A DNA stretch of 62,931 bases, the filler included, from Octopus bimaculoides (taxonomy: Eukaryota), in assembly GCF_001194135.2 (NCBI RefSeq). It is 6 parts of 5 records of this genome, joined end to end, with 100 filler letters (N's around TTAATTAATTAA, not from the genome) between each part and the next. Parts side by side here need not be neighbours in the genome. Positions count along the whole stretch, not along the records: positions 25,795 to 39,065 come from NC_068983.1; positions 39,166 to 46,131 come from NC_068991.1; positions 46,232 to 54,367 come from NC_069007.1; 3 more parts are not named here. The stretch is one strand, 5' to 3'. This document shows positions 37,771-50,072 of this stretch, piece after piece. The position numbers and the translations under genes were made by a program. Within the stretch, counting starts at the first letter, position 1. Each line of letters starts with the position of its first letter. Under the pieces are notes generated by a model. It was not told the DNA's origin. It saw only the letters and a list, made by a program, of their open reading frames with translations, and ran no database searches.

Positions 37771-38993
37771 ACCAATCCTTTCACACTGATTACGACTCCG
37801 GCATTCCATCCTACTATGTACCAAATCCATCGTATTGTTTACAAATCAATCACAACAGTAACAAACTCAACCTCAACCATTACAAACTTCTACTGTTACA
37901 CATTAGTAACTTCAACCGTATACAAAATAAAATTCTATCGTTACACACATATATATATATATAGGCATACACAAACCAACACCGGTTGTCAAACGTTGAT
38001 AGGTAGTGAGGAAAGACACAAACACAAAAACACGTACACACACATACAGAGGCATACGCAAATATATACGACGAGCTTCTTTCAGTTTCTCTCTACCAAA
38101 TGTATTCACAACACCTTGGTCGACCCGAATCTATAGTAGAGGGCACCTGCCTGAGGTGCCATGCAGTGGGACTGAACCGGAAACTTTACCACACGAGCAT
38201 GCCTTATATCTTTTACTCCCTGTTTAACGACTTGCTGAAAATAACAACTGAAACACAGTTAAATCATACCACACCCTCTTAAAAATTGCAGGACATATAG
38301 GGCAACGGGTATCATTTACGTTATTATTCCACATTGCAACCACATCGAATGTAATTTTTTTTTTTTCATTTTAGTTGGGTTTCTCGATTTGACAACCAAA
38401 GTAGAGACTATCGACAGGTTATCGACCGTTTTGTAACGACTAAGTATGAATTATAGGCCAGTAGTCTTCAACTTTTATGACTCAGAATTTTCTTTCATTG
38501 AATGACAGTTTACAAACAGTCCCTTCGTATATTTCTTTGCAACAACAGCAACAACAACAACAACAACAATAATAATCCTTGCTACTAAAGGCACAAGGCG
38601 TGAAATCTTTGGAGAGTGGGGGGCACGCTGGGAGAAATGCTTAGCGGTATTTCGTCAGCCGTTGCGTTCTGAGTTCAAATTTCGCTGAGGTCGACTTTAC
38701 CTTTTATCCTTCCGAGGTCGATAAATTAAGTACCAGTTGAGTACTGGGGTCGATGTAATCGACTATCCCCCTTCCCCAAATTTCAGGCCTTGTTCCTATA
38801 ATAGAAAGAATGATATAACTTATTGAGTAATTCTTCGAATTAATTTATATATCTTTCTTGTTGAATTGTAATTTATACTTGAACATTATTACCATGCAAA
38901 ATCAGAAAATTGTTCAACTGCCTGGATTGTACTACCTGTGGTTCCAAACACGACGATTATGATGATGAACGTGCTGAGTTTACTGGATACACA

Positions 38994-39065
<72 letters not shown>

Positions 39066-39165
39066 NNNNNNNNNNNNNNNNNNNNNNNNNNNNNNNNNNN
39101 NNNNNNNNNTTAATTAATTAANNNNNNNNNNNNNNNNNNNNNNNNNNNNNNNNNNNNNNNNNNNN

Positions 39166-39213
<48 letters not shown>

Positions 39214-39399
39214 GCATGTTTGGTTTCTGTATTCCACTTGGTATTCATACCTCTCTTTCCTCACCATTCCATGCATTCTCCACACACTTTTCTATTTCTA
39301 TTTCTAACTTCCTTTCACTTTCTTCCCCCTCTCTCTCTTTCTCTCGTTTTACATACTTTACATACATACGCACATACGTACACACACACGTATTTACAT

Positions 39400-39405
39400 G
39401 CATAG

Positions 39406-39477
<72 letters not shown>

Positions 39478-39702
39478 GTGTGTTCCACTCTTTCTAAACT
39501 TTTCAGTTTCGTTTCCCTTTCCTTCTTTCTTATTTACACCTCTCTTTCTCTTTTTCTCCGTCCCTCTATCTTCTTTTCTCCTTTTTATTCGTCTCTTTCT
39601 TTTCTTCTTTCTGATTTCCATCCTAATACTTTCTTTCCTTCTTTATCGCTTCGCCACCCTGTTTTCCACTTTTTTAAATTCTCACCTCTTTCTCTCTTTT
39701 GT

Positions 39703-39742
<40 letters not shown>

Positions 39743-39780
39743 TCCTTCTTTCTTTCTTCCGTTCTTTCTTACTCTCCTTC
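39400..39780. repeat. (TG)n followed by polypyrimidine/(TTTC)n tract
   Basis: Direct inspection. Confidence 0.95.
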
Positions 39781-42706
39781 TGTTTCGGTCTCTCGATCTC
39801 TGCTCTCCGGGCTTCACATTCCAATAAAATGTCGATTCATCTTACTCAAAATTTCTCAACAATTTGGAAGAATACAAGACAAAAATAAATAATTTTAAAA
39901 TATAGAAAACAAAAATAAACGACGGCAGCAATAAAAAAACCCTACATATCTGATAATTCTGGCCTAAACCGCGTCTTGTCACATATGTTTCTTGATTGAT
40001 TCATAATTCTTGTTTGCTGTGTTTCTGGCGTTTCTTCTGTGTTTCTTTGACAGATTCTAGTCATGTCGTCACTATAATTGTGGAGATTCTACACAGCTTT
40101 ACATGTCTATTTATTAGTCTCTGTGTTAGGCATTGTATCCGTTGATGTATTTGGCGGTTAATTTTCTGTATGTGTTCATGTAATATATAGCTGTCTTATC
40201 TTTTACTTGTTTTAAGCCTTTCGACTATGCGGCCATGCTGGGGCACCACTTTTAAAGGGTTTAGTCGGAACAAATCGACCCCGGTGCTTATTTTTTAAGT
40301 CAGACAGTTATTCTTTTGATTGTGGTTATCTTTGTGCCGAACCGCTAGGTTACGGGAACGTAAACAAACCAACACCGGTTTTTAAGCACAGATACAAACA
40401 AACACATAGACGCACGCACTCTCATAGATATCTACATATATGTATATGTATATACGTATGTGTGTGTGTGTTTGTGTGTGTAATTATTTGCAGGATCTGA
40501 TAGAATCGAGGTGTTTTAAAATAATAACTACACCAAGGTAGAGTCAAGGATAGCATACCGTGTATGAACAGTGTGTATGGACACTCACATACTTACTAGA
40601 GTATACACGGATTTATCCTTTCAATTACGCATACATCCACGTGCACAAAATAAATGCACTCAACGTATACATAAAAATCACCCAAGCGTATACTCCGGCA
40701 TGCAGTGTCTCTCTCAACCGGTACCGAGATAAGAGATTTAATATGCATTCTACACTCTTTGTGTGAAAAATACTAAATGTTAAATCTTATTTTAATTTTG
40801 ATTCACGCGAAGAGAACGGCATTTTTAAATGATGTAACTGATTCACTCATCAATAAAAAAAAAAGACTAAAATAGCTGTAGTGAACATCAGCTCATTTGT
40901 GTTTTGATATAAGTATATACATACACAAACACGCGAGAGGGAGAGAGAGAGAGAGAGAGGGAGTTGAAAAGTTCCTGGCTTAGTGTAAAATAAAATACAG
41001 TGGGATTGAACCAAAGACCACATTGTTGGGAAGCAAGCTTCTTACTACACGTTGAGTATTCGGTTGTTTGATCATTAGAATTATTTGTTCACTGAATCAA
41101 CGTATACTTAGCTGAGTATTCCACAGATATAAATGTTCTTATAGTTTTTTTTTTTCTTGTAAAATCAGAGTGGATATCCTTACATAGTGATATAGGCTCA
41201 TAAAGCCGATTTCCCAGTTCCTGTGGTATACACATTCTCCCATAGGAGATCAGTTGCAGGAATACACATTTTTACCAGCTGAGTGGAATAGAGTAACGTG
41301 AAATGAAGTATTTTGCTCAAGAACACAATGCATCACCCAGTCCAAGAATCGAAACCATAATCTTATACACATGAGTCCAACACCCAGACTACTAAGCTCC
41401 GCACCTCCACAGAATCAGCGTGAGATTATATTCTTTTAATTACTTGTTCAATCCACTCGACAAGCTTCTATTAGTTTCCACCAACCCAATTTCATTCACA
41501 ACGTATGGGTTGATAGGAAGCTGTAGAAAAAAAATATTTGAAGTGACCTCCCTAACCATTGGACCATATTCTGCCTAATATGTATGTATATATGTAAATA
41601 TGCTTCTTGATGTCATTGTATAGTTGTCTGTGCATTATACATTTTGTGTGTGTATATTTGTGTGTGTATGCGAGAGTGAGTTTTTATGTGTCTGTTGGAG
41701 ATGCTACTATTTTATTTTGTACACACACGCGTACACACACTCACACATTCAAATGATGAAGATAACCGAACTGAATAACATTTCTTCTTCACTCCTGTCA
41801 GATTGTTCAGTTCCACTGATACTGCTGTCTAGTTCAACAGTCTGAGTTAACTGAGTTAACCGAAACATGAACCTTGGAACAGTGAATAAAGAATTTTCAG
41901 ATTTGAATTTTCAGTTTTAAATTGAGATAACTACATAATTTGGTTATAGCTCCAGGTCACTTACGACCAAAATTCAACACATCTTCCAAAATTGTCCATT
42001 AAACAGAGCTGCTGCTCAACAAATGGTTATAAAGTTTCAGGCGAATCACGGCGAAATAAAAAAAAAACAATAACGTGTAGAACACTGTAAATTGAAAAAA
42101 CCACTAGAAAATAGCAGCCTTCTTGTAAAAGAATGAAAGAAAATCGACTGAAGGAAAATTGTTAGAAATTTTCAGAACAAAGAATTTCCGTTACCAACTT
42201 GCAAAATATTGAAAAATCTAAATGCCTTTCTTTGAAGTTAAACAGTTCTCTGTTCTCTGGGTTTTGTTGTGTCTAGGGAGAGTCATTATGCCAATATAAT
42301 TAAGACACACACTGTTTCAATTCCACTCCTTTTCTTTATTATTAGTCAATTAATTAATTATCCAGCTCGACACAACAAAATTTGTTTCAACACACGAATT
42401 CAGATAAAGAATCTTGCAAACCCGATACAAAAACAAAGTAGTTCTCTGGGTTCTTCGATTCTCATCTCAGCTTAATTTTTATACCATACTTATCATGCAT
42501 CAGTATACTGAGGACTTGACAAAAGTCAACAGTTTCACTTCGTATTAAAGAAATTTCTCATCAAAAATATCTGAATTTAAACTGGAACCCACGTAGCTAC
42601 GCAGGCGAGCCATTTATCCTACTTGATTGTCAAAGTGTATGTTTGTGGGTGCGTGCCCATACGTGTATATGTCTGTATAAGTGTGTGTTTGTATGAGAGG
42701 GAAGGA

Positions 42707-42744
<38 letters not shown>

Positions 42745-43287
42745 GTGAGTGAGTGAGTGAGATTGTATGTGTGCATATGCGTATTGATGAGTACGTTCAT
42801 ATTGATCAGTATAGATGTTAGCCGAGGACGGTGAGCTGGCAGAATCGTTAGCACGTCGGGCAAAATGCTTACAGGTATTTCGTCCGTTTTTACATTTTGA
42901 ATTCAAAAGCCACCGGAGTCGACTTTACTTTCGTCCTTTCGGGACGAATAAATAAGTATTAATTGAGCTGCTGTTCTCGCTTTTGTGGTTGCTGTTCTTG
43001 CTTTGTGAAGGCATGTTATCTTTAACTCCTTAGTTGCTGGATTAACCGAGTGAAATTTAATAGGTAAAAGGTTAACTTTATATAGAAACTCCTTTATAAG
43101 AAAAGCATATATTTAATGATATACATAATTTTTCATGTTTGAGAAGGAAAATGCTTTTATTTTGTGAAAGAGCAGGAACACGCCAAAAAACTGGAACTAT
43201 AACGCACGTTTCTACAAGATAATAGAAAAAATAAAAAGCATGAACAAGGAAACTTTGTAGTAGAATACATAGAATTTAAAACAAAAA

Positions 43288-43347
43288 TAATGGCTTTTGC
43301 ATTGAAAATAACCGGGCTTTGGTCCGGTTTTCAATGCAAAGCCATTA
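43288..43347. other. 60-nt near-perfect hairpin
   Basis: TAATGGCTTT-T-GCATTGAAAA-TAA-CCGG pairs with CCGGTTTTCAATGCAAAGCCATTA (24 bp, two bulges). Confidence 0.85.
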
Positions 43348-43730
43348 TGGAGTGGTGTTTGCCCAGTCTCTGTGACCGAGAGCAGGGTGAGGCGGAAATA
43401 GTGCGAAAGATATGCACAGGTTTGTCTCACGATACAATGACTAACACAATACAATGGTGACAGAAGACAGTCGCAGGTATTGGCAACAAAATTAACCGCC
43501 AAATCGTTGTAATCTTTGTAACGCAATATAGGCAAACGATGAGAGCGGAACTGATAACAAAAGAGATTTGGTCAAGTTTCGCAAGTTCTTATGACATAAA
43601 AAAAAATTAATTACTTGTAGAGACAAACGTAAATCATTATGCAACCATAATATACTACCAAGTATATTAAACTCTTTATAAGTCATTACTGTGTAGTACT
43701 GTGTTAGCAGTGCTATGAAATCGCATGTTA

Positions 43731-43916
43731 AGGTTATCTCTATAGATTTCCTATAGCAATTATAGCCAGCACTGGGTTTGTTACGACTTTCCTGTCCGAA
43801 TACGTCTAATGTAAACAACAATGCAATTGAGGATGGAAAAATAGGTTGCTTACATTAGACGTATTCGGACAGGAAACGTCGTAACAATTTCTATAGAAAA
43901 TCTGTAGAGATAACCT
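43731..43916. repeat. Fold-back inverted repeat (MITE-like)
   Basis: Inner arms 43778-43814 and 43850-43887 are complementary except for one bulged base; outer arms AGGTTATCTCTATAGATTTCCTATAG / CTATAGAAAATCTGTAGAGATAACCT. Confidence 0.9.
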
Positions 43917-44989
43917 CAACGTATAAAAAAGAAAGTCATTCGGTGCAAAAGCTATTTGGATTTCGAAGAAATGGAAAGTCAGAGACCATAGGAAGCAGTA
44001 AAGACCAACGATACCTAGATGTCTTAGAGGCTGCTATTTCATGAGAACCACCGGTCGGACCTCCATAAACTGTAGAAGAGATCACCTCATCCACGGTGCC
44101 TGAAGCGAACAGGGACGAATACGGCATCCTAACAGTGAGCCTCCCTCCAGCCTACACTATTTTCTTACGAGGATGGAGAGCTGATTGAGTCTAGAGAAGA
44201 CTGCTAAAGCAACTTACAAAGAATGAAGGAAGGAAGCAAATCAATGTTAACCCAGCCAGAAGACATCTAGACATGGAGAGAAGTCTCTACAACCCTGGTA
44301 AAAGAATGTAACATCCTAAAAAATTATGCTAAGTCGTTGGAGCTTGCTCTCTGAGAATCTCTCTACTTCCCAGTTAGCTGCTAAAATATTCATACACTGT
44401 TGAACCTGATATTTAGAAATAGTAGAGATTGAGTTACTTCAGGCTCAACAAATCTAAGTTTATGAATCCACTTGGGTGCAGGTATAAGGAGCGGCAGATA
44501 TTTCATGCTTTTTAAAACTTACTAATTTTATGCACTCATATATTTATTTCGTCCTTACTTTACTTTATATCAGAGTTTTAAGATGTTCATTGCGTAATAT
44601 TTTGCATCTCGTTTCTTTTTTTATATATTACTTTGTTTTCTCCATTTCCTCACCTCTAGAAACCCTGTGTCCACGTTGTTCTGTAGTATGAACGAATGGG
44701 ATTTTGATGGCAACAAAATCATTATAAGTGTTATTGAAATTTTATTAGTGGAATTTTCTCGTTAACTTTTGCTTTTGTTACCCCCATTTTTACACGTCTT
44801 ACACACCATTCACCACTAAGTGTGTATATTTTTTTCATACTGATCTTTAATTTTCTCTTCTATATTTGTTGCTGCAGGGGACGTTTTTGAAACGTTGTAA
44901 GGTTGAGTTGATAACGTACACGCACATACAGACACACACACATATGGTATGTATGTATGCATCTCTTTTTCTTTTAAACTTAGAGTAGA

Positions 44990-45200
44990 CTTTAATTGGC
45001 CACCGACTTGTTAGAAAGGTTGAGAAGGAAAGTATTTTGATTTAACTGGCATCCGTTAAATCTTAAGAAGTTCCTGCAGATTTTTATAGTCCCATATCGT
45101 GACCATTTGAGGCATATGAATTTAGGATTTGCAGTCTCTCGCCAAGATTCCAAGTTTAGCCATACTTTTCTCAAGACGGGTTGGTATGTATCTTGTTGCT
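44990..45200 (-). mobile_element. R4/Dong-like 3' end fragment
   Basis: GTIKICRNFLRF matches the C-terminus KISKTFLRF of the 23.9-24.25 kb copy. Confidence 0.7.
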
Positions 45201-46231
45201 CCAATACGTATGTATGTATGTATGTATGTATGTATGTATGTATGTATGTATGTATGTATGTACGTATGTATGAGTGCGTGTGTGTGTGTGTGTGTGTCCT
45301 GCGTATGAATTGAAGCTACATCCAGTAGTGAGGTTCTGGTTTAGAACTTCCGCGGATTTAACGAGTGTGGAACCATTTCTTAGCCACTGGGATTCCCTGG
45401 TCTACTGTGAGACAGAGTAGTAACACTTGTCAGGGTCCCTGTAAGGGCTAAGTAGCATGTATGATGACATTCTACCAGAGAGCAAGGATGCAAAAATACC
45501 TTTGCTTGGTGTGAGGGTATGCAGTAAAACCACTGGGAGTGAGGGACTCCTAACTGGAGTCCTTCTAAGAGAGGGACACGCTAAGGTAAAAAATCTGTGG
45601 TTTAACATGATTGCTCGTCATCTTTCTCTACTAATCATGGAGACTCAGAAAGTGGTACTTGTATTGTTCAAGCATTTATCACTAAAACCTAGAGACACAG
45701 AGATGTCGCTTGATGATGACCTCATTTGTTGTTCCATTCTACTTCTATGGCAATAGAAGAATGGTGACATGTGCAGACCTGACCAGTTGAAAATGCTCTG
45801 AAGGCTACAATTTTTGTCTCTCACCTATGCTTTAAGCTATGCAGATCCGCAACAGAACTGAGTAGCCAACTGAGAGGTCAGGAACGGAAAGTTAGAAACA
45901 CCATCGACGAGCACGAAGAGATAGCAATCGCCATAATGCATGTGTATATACATACATATAAACATTTACATATAAACATATATATATGTATATATATGTA
46001 TATATATATATGCATACTATCTCTGCTTATATAACAAATGATGACACTGGCAATGAGGTAAAGAATAAAAAATAAAAAGTTATTGACGTAATTTCATACA
46101 AGTTCTGGTGAGTTTATCAATTTCTGTGACANNNNNNNNNNNNNNNNNNNNNNNNNNNNNNNNNNNNNNNNNNNNTTAATTAATTAANNNNNNNNNNNNN
46201 NNNNNNNNNNNNNNNNNNNNNNNNNNNNNNN

Positions 46232-46272
<41 letters not shown>

Positions 46273-46344
46273 CATATTTGATTGCTTGTAGTTTGAAAAA
46301 ACGATATAGAACCCAGCACACCCTCTTTCACTGAATTCGAAAAA

Positions 46345-46575
46345 GATCATCATCATCGTCGTCATCCTCATCATTGTCATCATCACCATCATCGCCATCG
46401 TCGTTACCATCATCACCATCACCATTATTGTTGTCATCTTTGTTCTCATCATCACCATCTTTGCCATCATCATCATCGTTATCATTGTGGTTATCATCAT
46501 CATCATCGTCGTCATCGTCATCATCATCATCATCATCGTCATCGCCATCATCATCATCATCGTCACTACCGTCAT
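46345..46575. repeat. Degenerate (CAT/CGT)n microsatellite
   Basis: Direct inspection. Confidence 0.95.
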
Positions 46576-47039
46576 CAATCCCAATAAAATAATGGTCTCT
46601 CATTGTATAATATTGACCAGATAGGAGAAATAGATAAGCCATGCGTGTTGAGTAACTATTGCCTCAACTACTTGGAATATAGACAAAAAGAGAAGCAAAA
46701 AAACAACAAAACAAAACAAATGCACAAACGAAAGCCACCAAATTCATAATCTTCACTCACAGAAGAGCAATTCGCTATCAATATTAAATCAATGATCTTC
46801 TTTTGAGTTTTATTATCATTTTGTTTTGTTTTTTTTTCTCAATTTTTGCTCATCCACATGGAAAATATATCTCATTGACTTAAGAATATTTCTTGCAGAG
46901 AAGAAGACATAGTCAGTCTGTATAACAAGACACCGTCTGGATAGATAGATGTTGTTGATTAGTCCTGGGTTAAACATGAATGACTGAACACTTTGATCAA
47001 AATCATTCTAGCAAAGACCAGCCTATCCTCTCTATGCAA

Positions 47040-47700
47040 TTGTCTTAGACTATGTTTTAAGTTGGTGTCTAAGACTTTTTTAAGATCATGTCTAGACTAT
47101 ACTTTAAGTTCATACCTAAGACTACAGTTTAAGACTATGTTTTAAGTCTGTCTCTTAAACTACATTTTAAGTAGCTGTCTTAAAACTGTGTTTTAAGTGG
47201 TGTCAAAGACTATGTTTTAAGATTATATTTGACTACATTTTAAGTCAGTCTCTTAAACTACATTTTAAGTAGCTGTCTTAAACCTGTGTTTTAAGTGGTG
47301 TCAAAGACTATGTTTTAAGATTATATCTGACTACATTTAAAGTCAGTTTCTTAAAACTACATTTTAAGTCAGTGTCTTAAAATCACATTTTAAGATGGTG
47401 TCAAGGACTATATTTTAAGATGATTACATTTTAAGTTGGTGTCTTAAAATTATGTTTTAAGTTGGTGTCAAGGACTATGCCTGAAGATGATATCTAAAAC
47501 TATGTTTTAATTTAGTGCCTAAGACTATGTTTTAAGATTGTGTCTGAGACTGCTTTAAGTTGGTGTCTTAATACTAAGTTTTAGATGGTGTTTAAGATTG
47601 TATTTTAAGTTCATGTCAAGAACTATGATTTAAGGTGATATCTAAAACTATACTGTAAGTTAGTGTCTACAATTATGTTTTAAGTTAATGTTTAACCCTG
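47040..47700. repeat. Degenerate 23-25-bp minisatellite (TTTTAAG...GTCT(T)AA(G/A)ACTA) with a 98-bp higher-order repeat; resumes at about 48130-48280
   Basis: 47144-47241 and 47242-47338 are nearly identical blocks. Confidence 0.92.
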
Positions 47701-47749
47701 TCAAATGTAAAGCTTATTTATTTACATTATTTTGAATTAATCATGCATT

Positions 47750-47975
47750 ATCATACTGCAAAAGAAGATGCAGTAAAGGGAAGAAAAACAGGAACTCGCC
47801 TCCAAAGAAAAGTGCACTTGATGGAAGGAAGAACTTGTAGCACTGACAGAGAGCTCCTTTAAATGCAGTCACTGTACACATGACTGCTATGCCCATGTGG
47901 GCCACCACAGCCACAGCAACTGACATGCTTTCTTTGGGCACAGATCCATGGCCTCTCGAGACCGATGACTGCCTA
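47750..47975 (+). mobile_element. RTE (BovB-like) LINE 3' end
   Basis: FKCSHCTHDCYAHVGHHSH zinc-finger-like terminus followed by CCATGGCCTCTCGAGACCGATGACTGCCTACTA tail. Confidence 0.75.
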
Positions 47976-48289
47976 CTATACATCTCAAAAGCCTTCAGAC
48001 TTTGATAATGTGACTGTTTATGTTTTGAAGAACTTGGTGGGGTAGGTTGGAGAGAGGTTGGATCTGTCCAGTTTGGATATAAAACAGGAAGAATATTTGA
48101 GCCAGATTGGGCCAGTTTAAAAGCTAAAAGGTTGAGATTATGTTTTCAGCTTGTGTCTAAAACTACATTTTAAGCTAGTGTCTTAGGGTACATCTTAAGT
48201 CAGCTTCAAAGACTACATTTTGAGCTGGTGGACTACATTTGAAGTGTGTGTTTAGATCATGCTTTACATTTAAGACTAATAATCCTTTT

Positions 48290-48850
48290 CATTACAGGCA
48301 CAAGGCCAGCAATTTCAGGGGAGAGGTCTAGTCACTTACATAAATCCCAGTGTTCAACTGGTAATTTATTTCAATGACCCTGAAAGGGTGAAGGGCAAAG
48401 TTGACCTTCACAGAATTTGAACTCAGAATGTGAAGATGGATAAAGTGCCACTAAGCATTTTTCCTGGCATGTTAAAAGTTCTGCCAGCTTGTTGTCTCAA
48501 TTGATGACTAATATTGGTTTCAAATTTTGGCACAAGGACAGCAATTTCAAGGGAGAGGTCTAGTCAATTACAGAGATCCCAGTGTTCAACTGTCAATTTA
48601 TTTTATTGACCATGAAAGAGTGAAAGGCAAAGTTGACCTTGGCAGAATTTGAACCATTGAACAAAGGTGGCGAGCTGGCAGAAACGTTAGCACGCCGGGC
48701 AAAATGCTTAGCGGTATTTCGTCTGCCGCTACATTCTGAGTTCAAATTCCGCCGAGGTCGACTTTGCCTTTCATCAAACTGAATCCGTTTGTCTGTCCTT
48801 GTTTGTCCCCTCTGTGTGTAGCCCCTTGTGGGTAGTAAAAAAATAAGAAT
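48290..48850. mobile_element. Three adjacent SINE family A copies (two on -, one on +)
   Basis: 48290-48490 (-), 48520-48660 (-), 48665-48850 (+). Confidence 0.88.
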
Positions 48851-49519
48851 TTGAACCAAGAGCATAAAGGGCATTTTGTCTAACAACATGCTGTCTTAAG
48901 TTGATCATTAATAATATTACATCATAAAACTAATTCCAAACATTTTTTAGCTCATCCTTAATTTTCCTGTGCCTCAGCCATAAATAGTCTTAATAAAAAA
49001 CAAAGAAAAACTTTATTGCAATTTTGTACCAAATGGTTATTAGTAGAAACAGGTCACTTGTGAAAAAAGCGTAAAAGTGTTTAATAATTAAATTTACAAA
49101 ATTTAACAAATAATAATGAATTGTTAAATACCGTTTTAAATTAGTCATATTATCTTAAATTTTTTTTCTAAGAATATTCAAAAATTGATTATCTCTAATG
49201 AAAACAGTTTCTGAACGAAAATTTATGATAATAAATAATATTTCTAAAAAATTACTTTTCAAAAGTGACCTGATTAGTAGATTTGTATAATAAACTCCAT
49301 AAAAATATTAGTGTTTATCAATTGCAAATTTATTCTCTTTTTCTATTTGACAAAAATTAAAATATTCTCTGGGTTCAATAAAATAACCATTTATTATCAT
49401 ACATTAGTTTTTCTCATAAAATACACATAAAAAAAATATTCTATCAACAACCAGAAAATTTTACAATTTGCTCACAAAAATAGAATCCTTTAGCAAAATA
49501 AGAAAATATAACATTCTAC

Positions 49520-49815
49520 TTAGGGATGGTCATCTTTTGCCAATTAAGCAAGGCAATTTACTGTGCTTGAGAAGACATGTCAAGCTTAGTGAAATGGTAG
49601 TCATGGCCCATGCTGGTGACATGTGTGAGGCACCCATGCTGGTGACATGAGTGAGGCACCCATGTTGGTGACATGTAAAAGGCAACGGTGCCAGTGACAC
49701 ATGAGAGGCGCCCAGTACACTCTATGGAGTGGTTGGCATTAGGAAGGGCATCCAGTCATAGAAACCATGTCAAATCAGAGTGAAGCTTGATGCAGCTCTG
49801 GGTTTCTAGCATGGA
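49520..49815 (+). mobile_element. SINE family D with RTE-type 3' tail and internal 22-bp tandem repeats
   Basis: GGAGTGGTTGGCATTAGGAAGGGCATCCAG...CATGGAAAACAGG...AAATGATGA matches the 3' UTR of the LINE at 58447-58650. Confidence 0.8.
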
Positions 49816-50072
49816 AAACAGGCACTAAATGATGACAAATATGACAATGATGATTATAAAGAAGGAAGAATGATGACGGGGATGATATTGATGACAACAA
49901 TGATGATTTTGTGGATGAGGATGACAATGGTGTACTACTGACTACGTTAAAACTATAATAAACAAAGAGACTGAATGTGGCACTTAGATTTGAACCTGGG
50001 TCAACAGTTATAAATAAGAACCAAACAGCTTATGCTTAGCCAAGCAACTGTGTCTGTCTAAAAGAATATATA

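Noticed and set aside
38375-38450. Strong acceptor followed by open frame WVSRFDNQSRDYRQVIDRFVTTK
   Set aside because: No recognisable homology and no compatible partner exon
43454-44896. Plus-strand gene model MVTEDSR (donor at 43477) spliced to a strong acceptor at 44878
   Set aside because: The join gives an immediate in-frame stop; splice sites alone are insufficient
47040-47700. GTTTTAAG-starting repeats superficially like CRISPR repeats
   Set aside because: No unique spacers, degenerate tandem monomers, eukaryotic context, no cas genes
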